A stretch of DNA of 64,000 nucleotides from Obrimoposthia wandeli (GCA_977020255.1 CDROCS010000506.1:744001-808000); one strand, 5' to 3'; numbered from the stretch's first letter, positions 1-9,778 are shown. Made by a program: numbers and translations. Notes: generated by a model not told the origin, from the sequence alone.

Positions 1-680
1 AATCTGACTTTGCATTCATGACCCGTGCTGGTACTGAAATTGGCGTTGCTTCAACGAAAGCATTCACCACGCAACTATCAGCTTTATTAATGCTAGTAAC
101 TGCATTAGGTAAAGAGAAAAAGGTAATTAACGCAGAGAAAGAAGCAGAGATTGTGACTGCATTACACGCTTTACCTGCACAAATCGAAACGTCATTATCA
201 TTTGATAAAGAAATCGAAGCCCTTGCAACAGATTTTGCCGATAAGCACCACACATTATTCTTAGGTCGCGGTGAGTTCTACCCTATCGCAATGGAAGCAG
301 CACTTAAGCTGAAAGAGATCTCTTACATTCACGCTGAAGCATACGCAGCTGGTGAATTGAAACACGGTCCTTTAGCACTAGTCGATGCCGACATGCCAGT
401 TGTGGTTATTGCTCCGACGAATGAATTACTAGAAAAACTTAAATCGAACATTGAAGAAGTACGTGCTCGTGGCGGCCTACTGTATGTATTCGCTGACGCA
501 GACGCTGGTTTTGTGGAATCAGAAGGCATGAAGATCATCACTATGCCGCATGTAAGTGAAATTACTGCACCAATCTTCTACACACTACCTATGCAGTTGC
601 TTTCATACCATGTAGCACTGATTAAAGGTACGGATGTGGATCAGCCACGTAACCTAGCGAAAGCTGTAACGGTTGAGTAA
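1..680 (+). CDS. glmS: Glutamine-fructose-6-phosphate aminotransferase, C-terminal part (gene starts before the window)
   Basis: SIS-domain motifs [38 protein letters not shown] and C-terminal [15 protein letters not shown]. The frame is open upstream of the Met at 18. Confidence 0.98.
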   Translation, partial: SDFAFMTRAGTEIGVASTKAFTTQLSALLMLVTALGKEKKVINAEKEAEIVTALHALPAQIETSLSFDKEIEALATDFADKHHTLFLGRGEFYPIAMEAALKLKEISYIHAEAYAAGELKHGPLALVDADMPVVVIAPTNELLEKLKSNIEEVRARGGLLYVFADADAGFVESEGMKIITMPHVSEITAPIFYTLPMQLLSYHVALIKGTDVDQPRNLAKAVTVE

Positions 681-720
681 AGATTACCTTAAAAATTGTT
701 TTAAAAAATAAGTTTAAAAC
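640..720 (+). other. attTn7-type target (TnsD recognition sequence in the last glmS codons); no Tn7 inserted
   Basis: Established knowledge: TnsD binds the sequence coding PRNLAK-VTVE at the glmS 3' end. No tns genes or target-site duplication are seen downstream. Confidence 0.7.
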
Positions 721-780
721 ATAATTTAGAATACCGAATACCAAGCCCCAATCGTTGAGCAATCAGCATTGGGGCTTTTT
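721..780 (+). repeat. 60-bp direct repeat, copy 1 (copy 2 at 3710-3769)
   Basis: ataatttagaataccgaataccaagccccaatcgttgagcaatcagcattggggcttttt versus ataatttaaaatactgaatactaagccccaatcgttgagcaatcagcattggggcttttt; 3 mismatches in 60 bp, all outside the hairpin. Confidence 0.95.
743..780 (+). terminator. glmS intrinsic terminator (copy 1)
   Basis: AAGCCCCAAT-c-GTTGA-GCAA-TCAGC-ATTGGGGCTT hairpin followed by a T-run. Confidence 0.9.
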
Positions 781-863
781 GGTTTATGGCTATAGTTGAT
801 ATATAATCAAAATAAATTTAGGGTCACTTTATAGTATTTATTGATATTAAGGGGGTAATAGGC

Positions 864-1769
864 GTGAATATAGAGCACCTGAAACTATTTGTGCAATTGG
901 CTACCACCAATAATATTAGCTTAGCTGGACAAGAGTTTAATTTATCTCCTGCTGTCGCAAGTTCGTATATAAGTAAACTTGAAAAGAGCCTCAGGGTACG
1001 TTTAGTTTACCGAACAACTCGGAAAGTATCATTAACCGAAGATGGTCATGCCTTTCTTCCTCATGCCAAAGAAGTTCTGAGCACTATTGAAACAGCTTTA
1101 GCATCGGTGGGCGTAGGAGATATAAGCCCTAGAGGAACCTTAAGAATTGCAGCTCCCGCTTCATTTGGTCGCATGCATATTGTCCCTATCATAAAAGAAT
1201 TTTTATCTCGTTATCCGGATCTTAACATTGACATACGACTTACCGATAAAGTTGTCGATTTAGTCGAAGGTGGGTTTGATGTCGCGATCCGTAACGCACC
1301 GCTAAAAGATTCTAATTTAGTTGCTCGTCGACTTGCTCCCGACAAACGTATTATATGCGCATCTCCAAGTTATCTTGCCGAGTTTGGAGAGCCCAGTTCA
1401 CCCAGCGAGTTATTAGATCACCAATGCGTTATATTAACGGGTATTGAAACTTGGGGATTTGATACCGCAGAGGGTCAGATAAACATTAGAGCACGCGGTA
1501 ATTTTAGAACCGATAATGGCGAAGCGATGAGAGATGCATGTGTGAGCGGTTTAGGTATAGCCATCAATGCAACATGGAGTGTATACCAGAATATAGAGCG
1601 CGGCGAATTAGTACAAATATTAAAGGAGCACACTCTCGTGCCAAGCAGCGCAATTTGGGCGGTGTACCCAAGTACACAATTATTAGCCCCAAAAGTAAGA
1701 GCTTTCATCGATTATTTATCATCCCAATACGGTGATCACCCATACTGGGATAATAAACTTGATTGCTGA
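864..1769 (+). CDS. LysR-family transcriptional regulator (DmlR/CrgA-like)
   Basis: N-terminal HTH (LSPAVASSYISKLEKSLRVRLVYRTTRKVSLTEDG) and PBP2 domain (DLVEGGFDVAIR, SPKVRAFID-type end). Confidence 0.93.
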   Translation: MNIEHLKLFVQLATTNNISLAGQEFNLSPAVASSYISKLEKSLRVRLVYRTTRKVSLTEDGHAFLPHAKEVLSTIETALASVGVGDISPRGTLRIAAPASFGRMHIVPIIKEFLSRYPDLNIDIRLTDKVVDLVEGGFDVAIRNAPLKDSNLVARRLAPDKRIICASPSYLAEFGEPSSPSELLDHQCVILTGIETWGFDTAEGQINIRARGNFRTDNGEAMRDACVSGLGIAINATWSVYQNIERGELVQILKEHTLVPSSAIWAVYPSTQLLAPKVRAFIDYLSSQYGDHPYWDNKLDC

Positions 1770-1804
1770 TGTTATTCACTTAATAGCGAGTCATTTGATT
1801 AGCT

Positions 1805-2686
1805 CTATATTTGCTTTGCTTCTCTGCTCAATACAGCCCTCAGCAATTTCTCCGTGTGCAGCCACAAGGCTTTCTGAACATCTATATCGTATGCCTGCTC
1901 ATTCGCTTTAGCGAGTTGCAACAGTGAGAAATATTTTCCTGTCACACCATTAAGTTCAGGCCTGCACGCTAAATATAATTGTGTAAGCGCGCCAGATTCA
2001 GCGTCACCAGCTGAAAAGCCATAAGCTTGCTGTACCATACTGGTATTTAAAAATGACCCAGGGTTTAACGCATTAACACTCACATTATTATCTTTGACCA
2101 ATTCAGCAAAGAAAAAACTAAACATGATCACAGCTAATTTACTCTTAGCATAAGCTTCTGGCGCACTAAATCCATGCTCTATCATCAAATCAGATAATTG
2201 TAATGACTGCTGCGCCTCAGAAGCTATATTAATAATACGTCCTTGAGTTAACGTTAAGGCTGGTAACAATTTCTGGCACAAAAGTACCGTCACCAAATAG
2301 TTAACTTGAAAACGTAGTTCATAGCCATCTTCGCTAAGTAGTCGATTAAATTTATCATCGCTTGCGCCAGGACCCACGCCCGCATTATTAATCAGCACAT
2401 CCAATTTCGGGTGTTCTGACATAAGCTTATCCGCAAATAAATTCACTTGTAAAAGCGAGTTAAAGTCAGCTTGATAACTAAATATTTTCATATTACCTGT
2501 CGTTTGCTTAATACTGTCGACGGTCGCTTGCAGTTTACCCATTGAGCGACCGTGTATTAATACTGTAGCACCACGACTAGCGAGTTTTTCAGCTGTGATC
2601 CTGCCAATACCATCCGTCGCCCCCGTGATAAGCACCGTTTTATCTCGCATAGAAAGATCACTCGTAACAATCGAAGCTTTATGCAT
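1805..2686 (-). CDS. Short-chain dehydrogenase/reductase (retinol-DH-like subgroup)
   Basis: TGATDGIG Rossmann motif, LINNAG, catalytic YAKSK. Confidence 0.92.
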   Translation of the reverse strand: MHKASIVTSDLSMRDKTVLITGATDGIGRITAEKLASRGATVLIHGRSMGKLQATVDSIKQTTGNMKIFSYQADFNSLLQVNLFADKLMSEHPKLDVLINNAGVGPGASDDKFNRLLSEDGYELRFQVNYLVTVLLCQKLLPALTLTQGRIINIASEAQQSLQLSDLMIEHGFSAPEAYAKSKLAVIMFSFFFAELVKDNNVSVNALNPGSFLNTSMVQQAYGFSAGDAESGALTQLYLACRPELNGVTGKYFSLLQLAKANEQAYDIDVQKALWLHTEKLLRAVLSREAKQI

Positions 2687-3531
2687 TATTTAATGTCCTG
2701 AATACCCATCACTAATTGATCCCAATTACGCTGATTCTCGATATCGTTTTGCGCGCCGTTATCGTCAGCATACTGGAAACGTTTCTGCGCAGGTGTCTTA
2801 CTCATTGATTGATAAAGCCAATAAGCTTCTTCCTTAAGTGCCGATTTTATCGGTAAATCAATAGATGCATAAACAACCCGTTTACATGCCTCAATAGATT
2901 CGGCAGGGAATTGAGCAATACGGTTTGCCAATTCATCAACATAAGGACCAATTTTATCTGCATCTAAAGCTTGGTTAATAGTGCCGTAAGCTTGTGCTTG
3001 GTCAGCATCAAAATCTCGAGCACTCAAAATTATCTCTAACGCTCTACCTAAGCCAACCTGGCGCGCCATTCTTGACGCACCACCACCACAAGGTAAGATA
3101 CCCATACCCACTTCCATTTGCATAAACTTCGCTTTACCACGAGCCGCAAAACGCATATCACAAGCCAGCATAAATTCATGACCGCCGCCACGTGCAAACC
3201 CTTCTACTTTGGCAATAGTGGCCTGCGGTAAAGCACTAATACGTTGTAATACTTCCTGCAAATATAATAATCTTACATCTTCTTTCGCAACCGCTGTTGT
3301 TGATATATTTTTGAGAAAACCAGTATCTGCATGGGCAATAAATATCTCAGAATGTGCCGATTGGAAGACCACAACCTTGACACTACGATCATTTTCCAAC
3401 GTTTCAGCAAGACGGTTAAGCTCATCCAGCATAGGAATATCTTGAATATTAACTGGTGCATTATCAAAAGTGACCGTCATAATACCCACTGATTGGACTA
3501 TATTAAATGTGGTGTAATTTGCATGCGTCAT
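2686..3531 (-). CDS. Enoyl-CoA hydratase/isomerase family protein
   Basis: AKVEGFARGGGHEFMLACDMRFA and MEVGMGILPCGGG crotonase motifs. Start placed at the ATG at 3531 behind a GGAAG RBS. The stop overlaps the SDR start (TAATG). Confidence 0.92.
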   Translation of the reverse strand: MTHANYTTFNIVQSVGIMTVTFDNAPVNIQDIPMLDELNRLAETLENDRSVKVVVFQSAHSEIFIAHADTGFLKNISTTAVAKEDVRLLYLQEVLQRISALPQATIAKVEGFARGGGHEFMLACDMRFAARGKAKFMQMEVGMGILPCGGGASRMARQVGLGRALEIILSARDFDADQAQAYGTINQALDADKIGPYVDELANRIAQFPAESIEACKRVVYASIDLPIKSALKEEAYWLYQSMSKTPAQKRFQYADDNGAQNDIENQRNWDQLVMGIQDIK

Positions 3532-3647
3532 TGCTACTTCCTTGAATTTATCAATATCATTAAGTTGTGAGCTAAAGCTTAACACTGCTTTTATTTATTT
3601 ATAATATAGCCAAATAAACATTCAGTTTATGCTTTTCATTGATAATA

Positions 3648-3676
3648 AATAGCTACATCAACAACGCCTTAACCAA
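3648..3676 (+). repeat. Partial copy of the peroxiredoxin upstream region (other copy 5394-5435)
   Basis: aatagctacatcaa (3648-3661 = 5394-5407, exact) followed by caacgccttaaccaa (3662-3676) versus caacgtcttaaccaa (5421-5435); a 13-nt segment is missing from the left copy. Confidence 0.7.
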
Positions 3677-3709
3677 GTTCAATATCGACACTTTTAGCCT
3701 TTTTCAAAA

Positions 3710-3769
3710 ATAATTTAAAATACTGAATACTAAGCCCCAATCGTTGAGCAATCAGCATTGGGGCTTTTT
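3710..3769 (+). repeat. 60-bp direct repeat, copy 2 (duplicate of the glmS terminator region)
   Basis: See copy 1; the hairpin is identical and no plus-strand gene lies upstream of it to terminate. Confidence 0.95.
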
Positions 3770-3870
3770 TTTCGCCAAAAAACTAGCATGATCCAATGTA
3801 AATAATTGCTAAGAAATGTCGACTCTGAACCCAATTAAAAAGATTAACAAAAGTCTTTAGCCCAAGATCT

Positions 3871-3893
3871 AAAAAGCCTCCGGCTAGGAGGCT
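3871..3893 (-). terminator. Intrinsic terminator of the small minus-strand ORF
   Basis: agcctcc-ggcta-ggaggct hairpin with an A5 tract on the left (U-tract on the minus strand). Confidence 0.8.
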
Positions 3894-3924
3894 AAATACA
3901 TTGATAACTATAATTTGAGTAATC

Positions 3925-4095
3925 TTATCCCTGTAACTTCAACTTCTTATGGTGGAGCGAAGCCAGTACCATCTTACAGGCGACGTTGAATGATACATCC
4001 ATACATTCTGAGACTGATTTATGAGAATTAGTTTTCTCAAATATACGCAGCGCCATGTCGCACTTATCTTTACCATATTTATCTAATGAATCCAT
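3925..4095 (-). CDS. 56-aa small protein with possible HTH (below the ORF-track cutoff)
   Basis: Manual translation MDSLDKYGKDKCDMALRIFEKTNSHKSVSECMDVSFNVACKMVLASLHHKKLKLQG; AGGGAAG RBS; own terminator about 30 nt downstream. Confidence 0.6.
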   Translation of the reverse strand: MDSLDKYGKDKCDMALRIFEKTNSHKSVSECMDVSFNVACKMVLASLHHKKLKLQG

Positions 4096-4471
4096 ATCTT
4101 CCCTAATACTTTATTCATACTATTTTATTATAGTATTAGAATTTTTATTTACGTTCAATCAACATCGTTATTTTTTCAGAAAGATCGGTTCAATGGATAT
4201 TCAAGCAGTCACTTAGGGTTGTCGAGTGGCTTTAAACTTCGTTATTGTTCCATATTCTGCTGTCATAACAGAAACGTATCTCACTTTTTACCCAAAGTGG
4301 CTTAGAGTTATTACTCTTCCCATAATATAATTATCTATTACAATTATATTGAATTTATCTAATTGTAATAAATGATTAATATTGAATTTATTGATGATTA
4401 TTTAATAATCATTATACGTAATTCTGTATAATGTGCAGTTAGCCTTTCCTTGAGTTTAAGTGAAATTAACA

Positions 4472-5233
4472 ATGAAGAAGATCCTGTATTGTAATGAATG
4501 TAGTTATAGAAACCTCGAAGAAATCGATGATGATGGTATTTATTTATTCGAATGTAGATCTTGTAAAAAAACTAATTTCATAAATATAGATCAAGAAAAG
4601 TTTGGGCTATTAATTGATCATGGCGTTCTTTCATTTATTGATGGGTACCCTAGAGACGCAACTACTTGTTTTGCCGTAGGCTTAGAACGGTTTTATGAAT
4701 TTGTTATAAAAATAATTTGTAACCGTCAAAACATATCTAGATCTACCTATTTCTCCGTCTGGAGGAGTATGAAAAATTTGTCTGAAAGGCAGAGTGGAGC
4801 TTTTTCAATGTTACTGGCTGTTAACTTTCCTGAAAAAAAACTTACTCTATTAGATAACGAAAAGCCAATAATTGAAGGTGTATCTAGATCTAATACTAAA
4901 ACATGGAAAGAGTTCAGAAATGCTGTTGTGCATAAAGGGTATATTCCTAAATCTCCAGAAGCCAAACCATATTTAGAAATGGTATACCAATATATGGTTG
5001 ATATTTTGTCGGAACTTCAGTTAAATGAAAATGATAGTAATGCCAAATTACAGTACTGGGATTTTGACCGTTATCTCAAACTATCCAAAGATCTCGATCA
5101 TCTTCAGGTACCTCGGAGTTCTATCTATGGAGGTGAGTTCATTAAACCATTAGCTGCTAACCTTAAGTACCCATCGTTTGAGCAGAGAATTGATCACTTT
5201 CTTAAAATGATCCCTATAACATATAGTCGATAA
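4472..5233 (+). CDS. Hypothetical protein: N-terminal CxxC...CxxC Zn-ribbon plus HEPN-like domain
   Basis: CNEC and CRSC pairs; helix [20 protein letters not shown]; RxxxxH motif FRNAVVHKG; AT-rich coding sequence. Confidence 0.65.
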   Translation: MKKILYCNECSYRNLEEIDDDGIYLFECRSCKKTNFINIDQEKFGLLIDHGVLSFIDGYPRDATTCFAVGLERFYEFVIKIICNRQNISRSTYFSVWRSMKNLSERQSGAFSMLLAVNFPEKKLTLLDNEKPIIEGVSRSNTKTWKEFRNAVVHKGYIPKSPEAKPYLEMVYQYMVDILSELQLNENDSNAKLQYWDFDRYLKLSKDLDHLQVPRSSIYGGEFIKPLAANLKYPSFEQRIDHFLKMIPITYSR

Positions 5234-5330
5234 AACTTTGTCTGCTGACAGCATTATAGATCAGCGCTTAAATAAAAAATCTATCTCGATAGCTAAAACC
5301 AATCGAAATTTCATTATTGATAGATTTAAC

Positions 5331-5367
5331 ATAGCTTTTACCTATCAAAAGAAAAGATTCAATCGAT
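5331..5367 (+). promoter_or_regulatory. OxyR-type binding site upstream of the peroxiredoxin
   Basis: ATAG-cttttac-CTAT-caaaaga-AAAG-attcaat-CGAT fits ATAGntnnnanCTAT-N7-ATAGntnnnanCTAT; hybrid Prx-Grx genes are known OxyR targets. Confidence 0.65.
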
Positions 5368-5501
5368 TAGACCAATACTGTGATATTTTGCATAATAGCT
5401 ACATCAAGACGAGGCAGACACAACGTCTTAACCAAATACTGTTTATAACAAACACTTTAAATAAAAGTAGCTTAATTAAGAGCTACACTAAGGAATATAT
5501 T

Positions 5502-6236
5502 ATGACTACATTAGTATCGAAAGAAGGCCAAGCAGTTCCTCAAGTTACATTCCCAATCCGTCAAGGTGACGCATGGGTAAACCGTACAACTGAAGAGCTA
5601 TTTGCTAACAAAACTGTGATTGTATTCAGCCTGCCAGGCGCATTCACACCAACTTGTTCATCAAGCCATTTACCACGTTACAACGAACTAGCTAGCGTAT
5701 TCTCTGCACACGGTGTTGATGACATCCTATGTGTATCAGTTAACGATACTTTCGTAATGAACGCTTGGAAAGACGCACAAGAAGCAGAAAACATTACTTT
5801 CATCCCAGACGGTAACGGTGCATTTTCTGAAGGTATGGGCATGTTAGTAGACAAGTCTGATATCGGTTTTGGCAAGCGTTCATGGCGTTACAGCATGCTG
5901 GTTAAAAACGGCGTGGTAGCAAAAATGTTCATCGAAGCTGACGAACCAGGCGACCCGTTCAAAGTTTCTGATGCTGATACTATGCTTGCTTATGTAGCAC
6001 CAGAATACAAAGTACAAGAGTCAATTACCGTATTCTCTAAACCTGGTTGCCCGTTCTGCGCTAAAGCAAAACAAACGTTAATCGACCAAGGTCTAAGCTA
6101 CGAAGAAGTTGTACTAGGTAAAGACGCAACAACAGTAAGTCTACGTGCTGTAACCGGTCTTAGCACAGTGCCACAAATCTTCATCGGTGGTAAACACATC
6201 GGTGGTAGCGAAGAATTAGACGCACACTTCGCTTAA
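5502..6236 (+). CDS. Hybrid peroxiredoxin (Prx5)-glutaredoxin
   Basis: [17 protein letters not shown] peroxidatic motif, [14 protein letters not shown]-terminal Grx CPFC and TVPQIFIGG. Start at the ATG at 5502 after an AAGGAA RBS. Confidence 0.96.
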   Translation: MTTLVSKEGQAVPQVTFPIRQGDAWVNRTTEELFANKTVIVFSLPGAFTPTCSSSHLPRYNELASVFSAHGVDDILCVSVNDTFVMNAWKDAQEAENITFIPDGNGAFSEGMGMLVDKSDIGFGKRSWRYSMLVKNGVVAKMFIEADEPGDPFKVSDADTMLAYVAPEYKVQESITVFSKPGCPFCAKAKQTLIDQGLSYEEVVLGKDATTVSLRAVTGLSTVPQIFIGGKHIGGSEELDAHFA

Positions 6237-6328
6237 GTATTTCGTTTCAGTCATTACAAGATAAGACTGAGATCATAGTCAAAAGCATACTAACGAATAG
6301 TCATACTCACATGCCATGTTCGTCAATT

Positions 6329-6355
6329 AAGGAAGCAGCAATGCTTCCTTTTTTT
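6329..6355 (+). terminator. Intrinsic terminator after the peroxiredoxin
   Basis: aaggaagca-gcaa-tgcttcctt plus T-run. Confidence 0.85.
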
Positions 6356-6645
6356 TCGTCTGTTTTTTATCTTTTTTGATCAAAACTTTTCTATCGATTA
6401 CTTATCAATAACCTTAACAATAAAGCCCTTTCCGCCTTAAAATAAACAAACACTAATAATCACTAAAACAGCCAACCTTAATTATATTATTTATCAACGC
6501 TAGCTCACAAACACATCACGGGAATGATATTTAAACGCCAAGCGTCGTAAAAACACCATAAAACTTACTACACTTCTATAAATTCAGTAATTTACTCTCA
6601 AGTTTATTCTCCACAGCACCATTACAGGACGTAAAGCGAGGCGCT

Positions 6646-8328
6646 ATGCTAAAAAATCTTAAATTCACAACCAAATTATATGCCGGGTATGCCGTAATAT
6701 TATCACTCATGGTGAGTATTACACTCGTTGTCTTATTTAGTGTTAAATCACTAGAAAATAACTTTAGTTGGGTCAATCATACCCACGAAGTCCTCGCCAA
6801 AGCATCCAAAATAGAAGCAGCAGCCGTTGATATGGAAACAGGCATGCGCGGTTTTTTACTCGCAGGAGAAAATCAATTCTTAGACCCTTACAATCAAGGT
6901 AAATCTCAGTTTGATAAATTGAGTGATGAACTTGCTAACGCGGTCGCCGATAACCCAGTACAAGTAGCGTTAGTCACAGAAAGTAAACGTACGATAGATA
7001 ACTGGATAAACCTTATCGCCGAAAAACAGATCGCATTACGACGTCAGGTAGGCAATGGAAAAACCATGGATGACGTGGCAGCCTTGGTTGGAGAGGCAAA
7101 AGGTAAACAGTATTTTGATAAGTTCAGACAACAAATAGCCACCTTTAAAGAAACCGAATCTAGTTTGATGGCCAAGCGTATGGTGGCATTAACTGAAACC
7201 GAATCAGCAGTCATCAACGTCACGGTATTAGGTACGCTTTTTGCTGTGATCATGGGTTGTTTAATTGCGATGTGGTTAACCCGCCATATTATGAATCTAC
7301 TCGGTGGAGAACCAACTTATATTGCCGAGATAGCTAAATCCGTCGCGGCTGGTGATTTAACCATAGAATTAAAAAGTGATGGTAATGACCGTGGTATTTT
7401 CGCTGAAATGAAAAACATGATCGCCAACCTACAAGATAAGGCCAAACTCGCACAGACCATTGCTGCGGGAGACCTTAATAATAAAGTGATACTCGCCTCT
7501 GACCAAGATTCGGTTGGTCTCGCACTGCAAGCAATGACTAATAATTTAAATGAAGTACTCGGTCAAACTCAATTAACCAGTATTGAAATATCACAAGGTA
7601 GTTATAGCGTTTCAGAAACCAGTTCTGCGCTATCTGAAGGTGCCTCAATACAAGCGTCAAGTTTAGAGAATATTTCAGCGTCGTTAAATCAGTTAAGCAC
7701 GCAAATCAATGTCAATGCTCAGAACGCTAACCAAGCACAAGAGCTCGCCATGCTAGCGCAAACGTCAGCAGAGCAAGGTATCGAGAAAATGGAAACTATG
7801 ATTGCTGCCATGTCTGAGATTTCACAGGCCAGTGAAAGTATTGCAGAGTTCATTAACACCATTGATGACATTGCCGCGCAAACCAATTTACTTGCTCTAA
7901 ATGCTGCTATTGAAGCTGCTCGAGCAGGTGAGCAAGGTCGTGGTTTTGCCGTAGTAGCAGATGAAGTCCGCAACTTAGCCGCTAGAAGTACAACAGCAGC
8001 AGAAGAAACCTCAAAACTGATTGCCAGTTCTGTCGATAAAACTAAAAATGGTAGCTTGATTGCCAGTGAAACGGCACACAGTTTAAAAAGTATTTTTGAA
8101 AGTATCAGCCAAACTGCAGCACTGGTTGATCAAATTGCCAATGCCAGTAATGAGCAAGCGATTGGCGCTGAAGAAATTAACCAGGGCGTTAGCGAAGTCG
8201 ACGGGGTCACGCAACAAAATAACAGCGCAGCACAAGAAAGTGCCGCAGCGGCAGAGCAATTATCGCAGCAAGCTGAGTTACTCAAATCTATGTTGTCTCG
8301 TTTTAAGCTTGCTTCAACCTGCGCATAA
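6646..8328 (+). CDS. Methyl-accepting chemotaxis protein with CHASE3 sensor domain
   Basis: Two TM helices, CHASE3 signature (WVNHTHEV...[13 protein letters not shown]...FLDPY), signalling hairpin [37 protein letters not shown]. Confidence 0.96.
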   Translation: MLKNLKFTTKLYAGYAVILSLMVSITLVVLFSVKSLENNFSWVNHTHEVLAKASKIEAAAVDMETGMRGFLLAGENQFLDPYNQGKSQFDKLSDELANAVADNPVQVALVTESKRTIDNWINLIAEKQIALRRQVGNGKTMDDVAALVGEAKGKQYFDKFRQQIATFKETESSLMAKRMVALTETESAVINVTVLGTLFAVIMGCLIAMWLTRHIMNLLGGEPTYIAEIAKSVAAGDLTIELKSDGNDRGIFAEMKNMIANLQDKAKLAQTIAAGDLNNKVILASDQDSVGLALQAMTNNLNEVLGQTQLTSIEISQGSYSVSETSSALSEGASIQASSLENISASLNQLSTQINVNAQNANQAQELAMLAQTSAEQGIEKMETMIAAMSEISQASESIAEFINTIDDIAAQTNLLALNAAIEAARAGEQGRGFAVVADEVRNLAARSTTAAEETSKLIASSVDKTKNGSLIASETAHSLKSIFESISQTAALVDQIANASNEQAIGAEEINQGVSEVDGVTQQNNSAAQESAAAAEQLSQQAELLKSMLSRFKLASTCA

Positions 8329-8342
8329 CACACCAAAATATA

Positions 8343-8379
8343 AAGCTGTAGCGGTTAAAGAATAATAACGCTACAGCTT
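8343..8379 (+). terminator. Hairpin after the MCP
   Basis: aagctgtagcg...cgctacagctt inverted repeat. Confidence 0.6.
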
Positions 8380-8715
8380 CATCTCTAGATATCAGCAATT
8401 ATTGCCGAACATTCCCGTAAACAGCCGCATAATATTATTAAATCCATTCATAATTACAATTCCCCCCTCTCTAAATAGCCTTAAACTCGCCATTAACAAC
8501 CTCTTCTCCACTGATAATTACCTTTAAATACAACATCAATTGAAAATAAAACAGTAAGTTAAAACCGCATTATTACCTTTAAGGTAACAATCTTTTACCA
8601 TTTCAGTGTATTGTTTTGTTCTCGTCCAAATGTAGAATGCCCCCATCGAAACCGAAACAACTTTCCAAACTCAATAATCAACACACATGTGACTTGATTA
8701 AATAAAGGATATTAA

Positions 8716-9111
8716 ATGTCTACATTAACCAAAAAACCAGGTATTTTTCTTTTAAAGTCAGGTTCATTCAAATTAAATGACCTAAGCAAATTACTTGAAG
8801 TTGAAGGCCTTAAAAGTGACATGGCAGAAGTTGCTGTCACCAACAATAGCAACGCATTAACGATTGGTCACTTTACAATGGAACCGGGTGTTGAATTTGA
8901 ATACGCTTACGATTCAGTTGAATACAAAGTTATCACTAAAGGTAAGATCGTTGTTCGTGATACAGACAATAACAAATACGTTGCCGAAGTTGGTGATGTA
9001 CTACTGTTCTCACCATATACAGTCGTAATTTTTGATGCAGAAAGTAATGGCGAAGCTATCTACACGGCGCACAGAAACGCTGACGCATCATTCGCACCTG
9101 CATCAAACTAA
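8716..9111 (+). CDS. Cupin-fold protein (EutQ/DUF861-like)
   Basis: IGHFTMEPGVEFEYAYDSVEYKVITKGKIVV...AEVGDVLLF cupin pattern. Confidence 0.75.
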   Translation: MSTLTKKPGIFLLKSGSFKLNDLSKLLEVEGLKSDMAEVAVTNNSNALTIGHFTMEPGVEFEYAYDSVEYKVITKGKIVVRDTDNNKYVAEVGDVLLFSPYTVVIFDAESNGEAIYTAHRNADASFAPASN

Positions 9112-9123
9112 TTGGAATTAAAA

Positions 9124-9729
9124 ATGATAAATAAAATCATCAGCAAATGTAAAAGTACATTTTGCACAGCAAGTAACATCAATATCCACCCAGCAATGGA
9201 CAAGGGTATCGCACCAACAGCAAGTAACTTTAATGGCGGTACTCTGCAGTGTCACTGTAGCAGCAATAAAGTAACAGTTAAAATAGACAGCCAAACAGCA
9301 CATAACCATGCTTGTGGTTGTTCGAAATGCTGGAAGCCTAAAGGCGCTTTATTCTCACAAGTTGCTGTAGTTTCAAAAGATAAATTAAGCGTAACAAACA
9401 ACGCTAAGAAACTAAATGTGGTAGACGAAACTGCAACTATCCAACGCTTTGCGTGTAAAGATTGTGGCGTGCACATGTATGGCCGCATTGAAGATAAGAC
9501 ACACCCATTCTTTGGTTTAGACTTCGTTCATACAGAACTGTCTGCTGATAAAGGTTGGTCTGCACCAGAGTTCGCTGCATTTGTTTCATCAATCATTGAA
9601 ACAGGTACAGATCCAAAAGACATGGCTGCAATCAGAGCACAACTGAACGCACTCGGTCTTGAGTCTTACGACTGTCTATCGCCAACATTGATGGATGTGA
9701 TCGCAGCACACGTTGCTAATAGCAAATAA
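9124..9729 (+). CDS. gfa: Glutathione-dependent formaldehyde-activating enzyme (S-(hydroxymethyl)glutathione synthase)
   Basis: CHC...[51 protein letters not shown]. Confidence 0.93.
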   Translation: MINKIISKCKSTFCTASNINIHPAMDKGIAPTASNFNGGTLQCHCSSNKVTVKIDSQTAHNHACGCSKCWKPKGALFSQVAVVSKDKLSVTNNAKKLNVVDETATIQRFACKDCGVHMYGRIEDKTHPFFGLDFVHTELSADKGWSAPEFAAFVSSIIETGTDPKDMAAIRAQLNALGLESYDCLSPTLMDVIAAHVANSK

Positions 9730-9746
9730 TCCATAAAATTGCATAA

Positions 9747-9778
9747 AAAAGCCCGCAAGAACCTTCTTCGCGGGCTTA
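9747..9778. terminator. Probable bidirectional terminator between convergent gfa and the protease
   Basis: aaaaaagcccgc...gcgggctt hairpin. Confidence 0.75.

Noticed and set aside
697-721. TGTTTTAAA-N7-TTTAAAACA inverted repeat just downstream of glmS, with Tn7-like TGT...ACA ends
   Set aside because: The flanking 5-mers (aaaat, taatt) are not a target-site duplication, there are no TnsB-site repeats, and the sequence is very AT-rich; not supportable as a Tn7 scar.
4140-4320. Possible gene remnant between the 56-aa ORF and the HEPN-like gene
   Set aside because: The frames I translated are short or interrupted and gave no recognisable protein pattern.
5238-5501. N-terminal extension of the peroxiredoxin ORF in the ORF track
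   Set aside because: It overlaps the OxyR site and promoter; the RBS and family length support the start at 5502.
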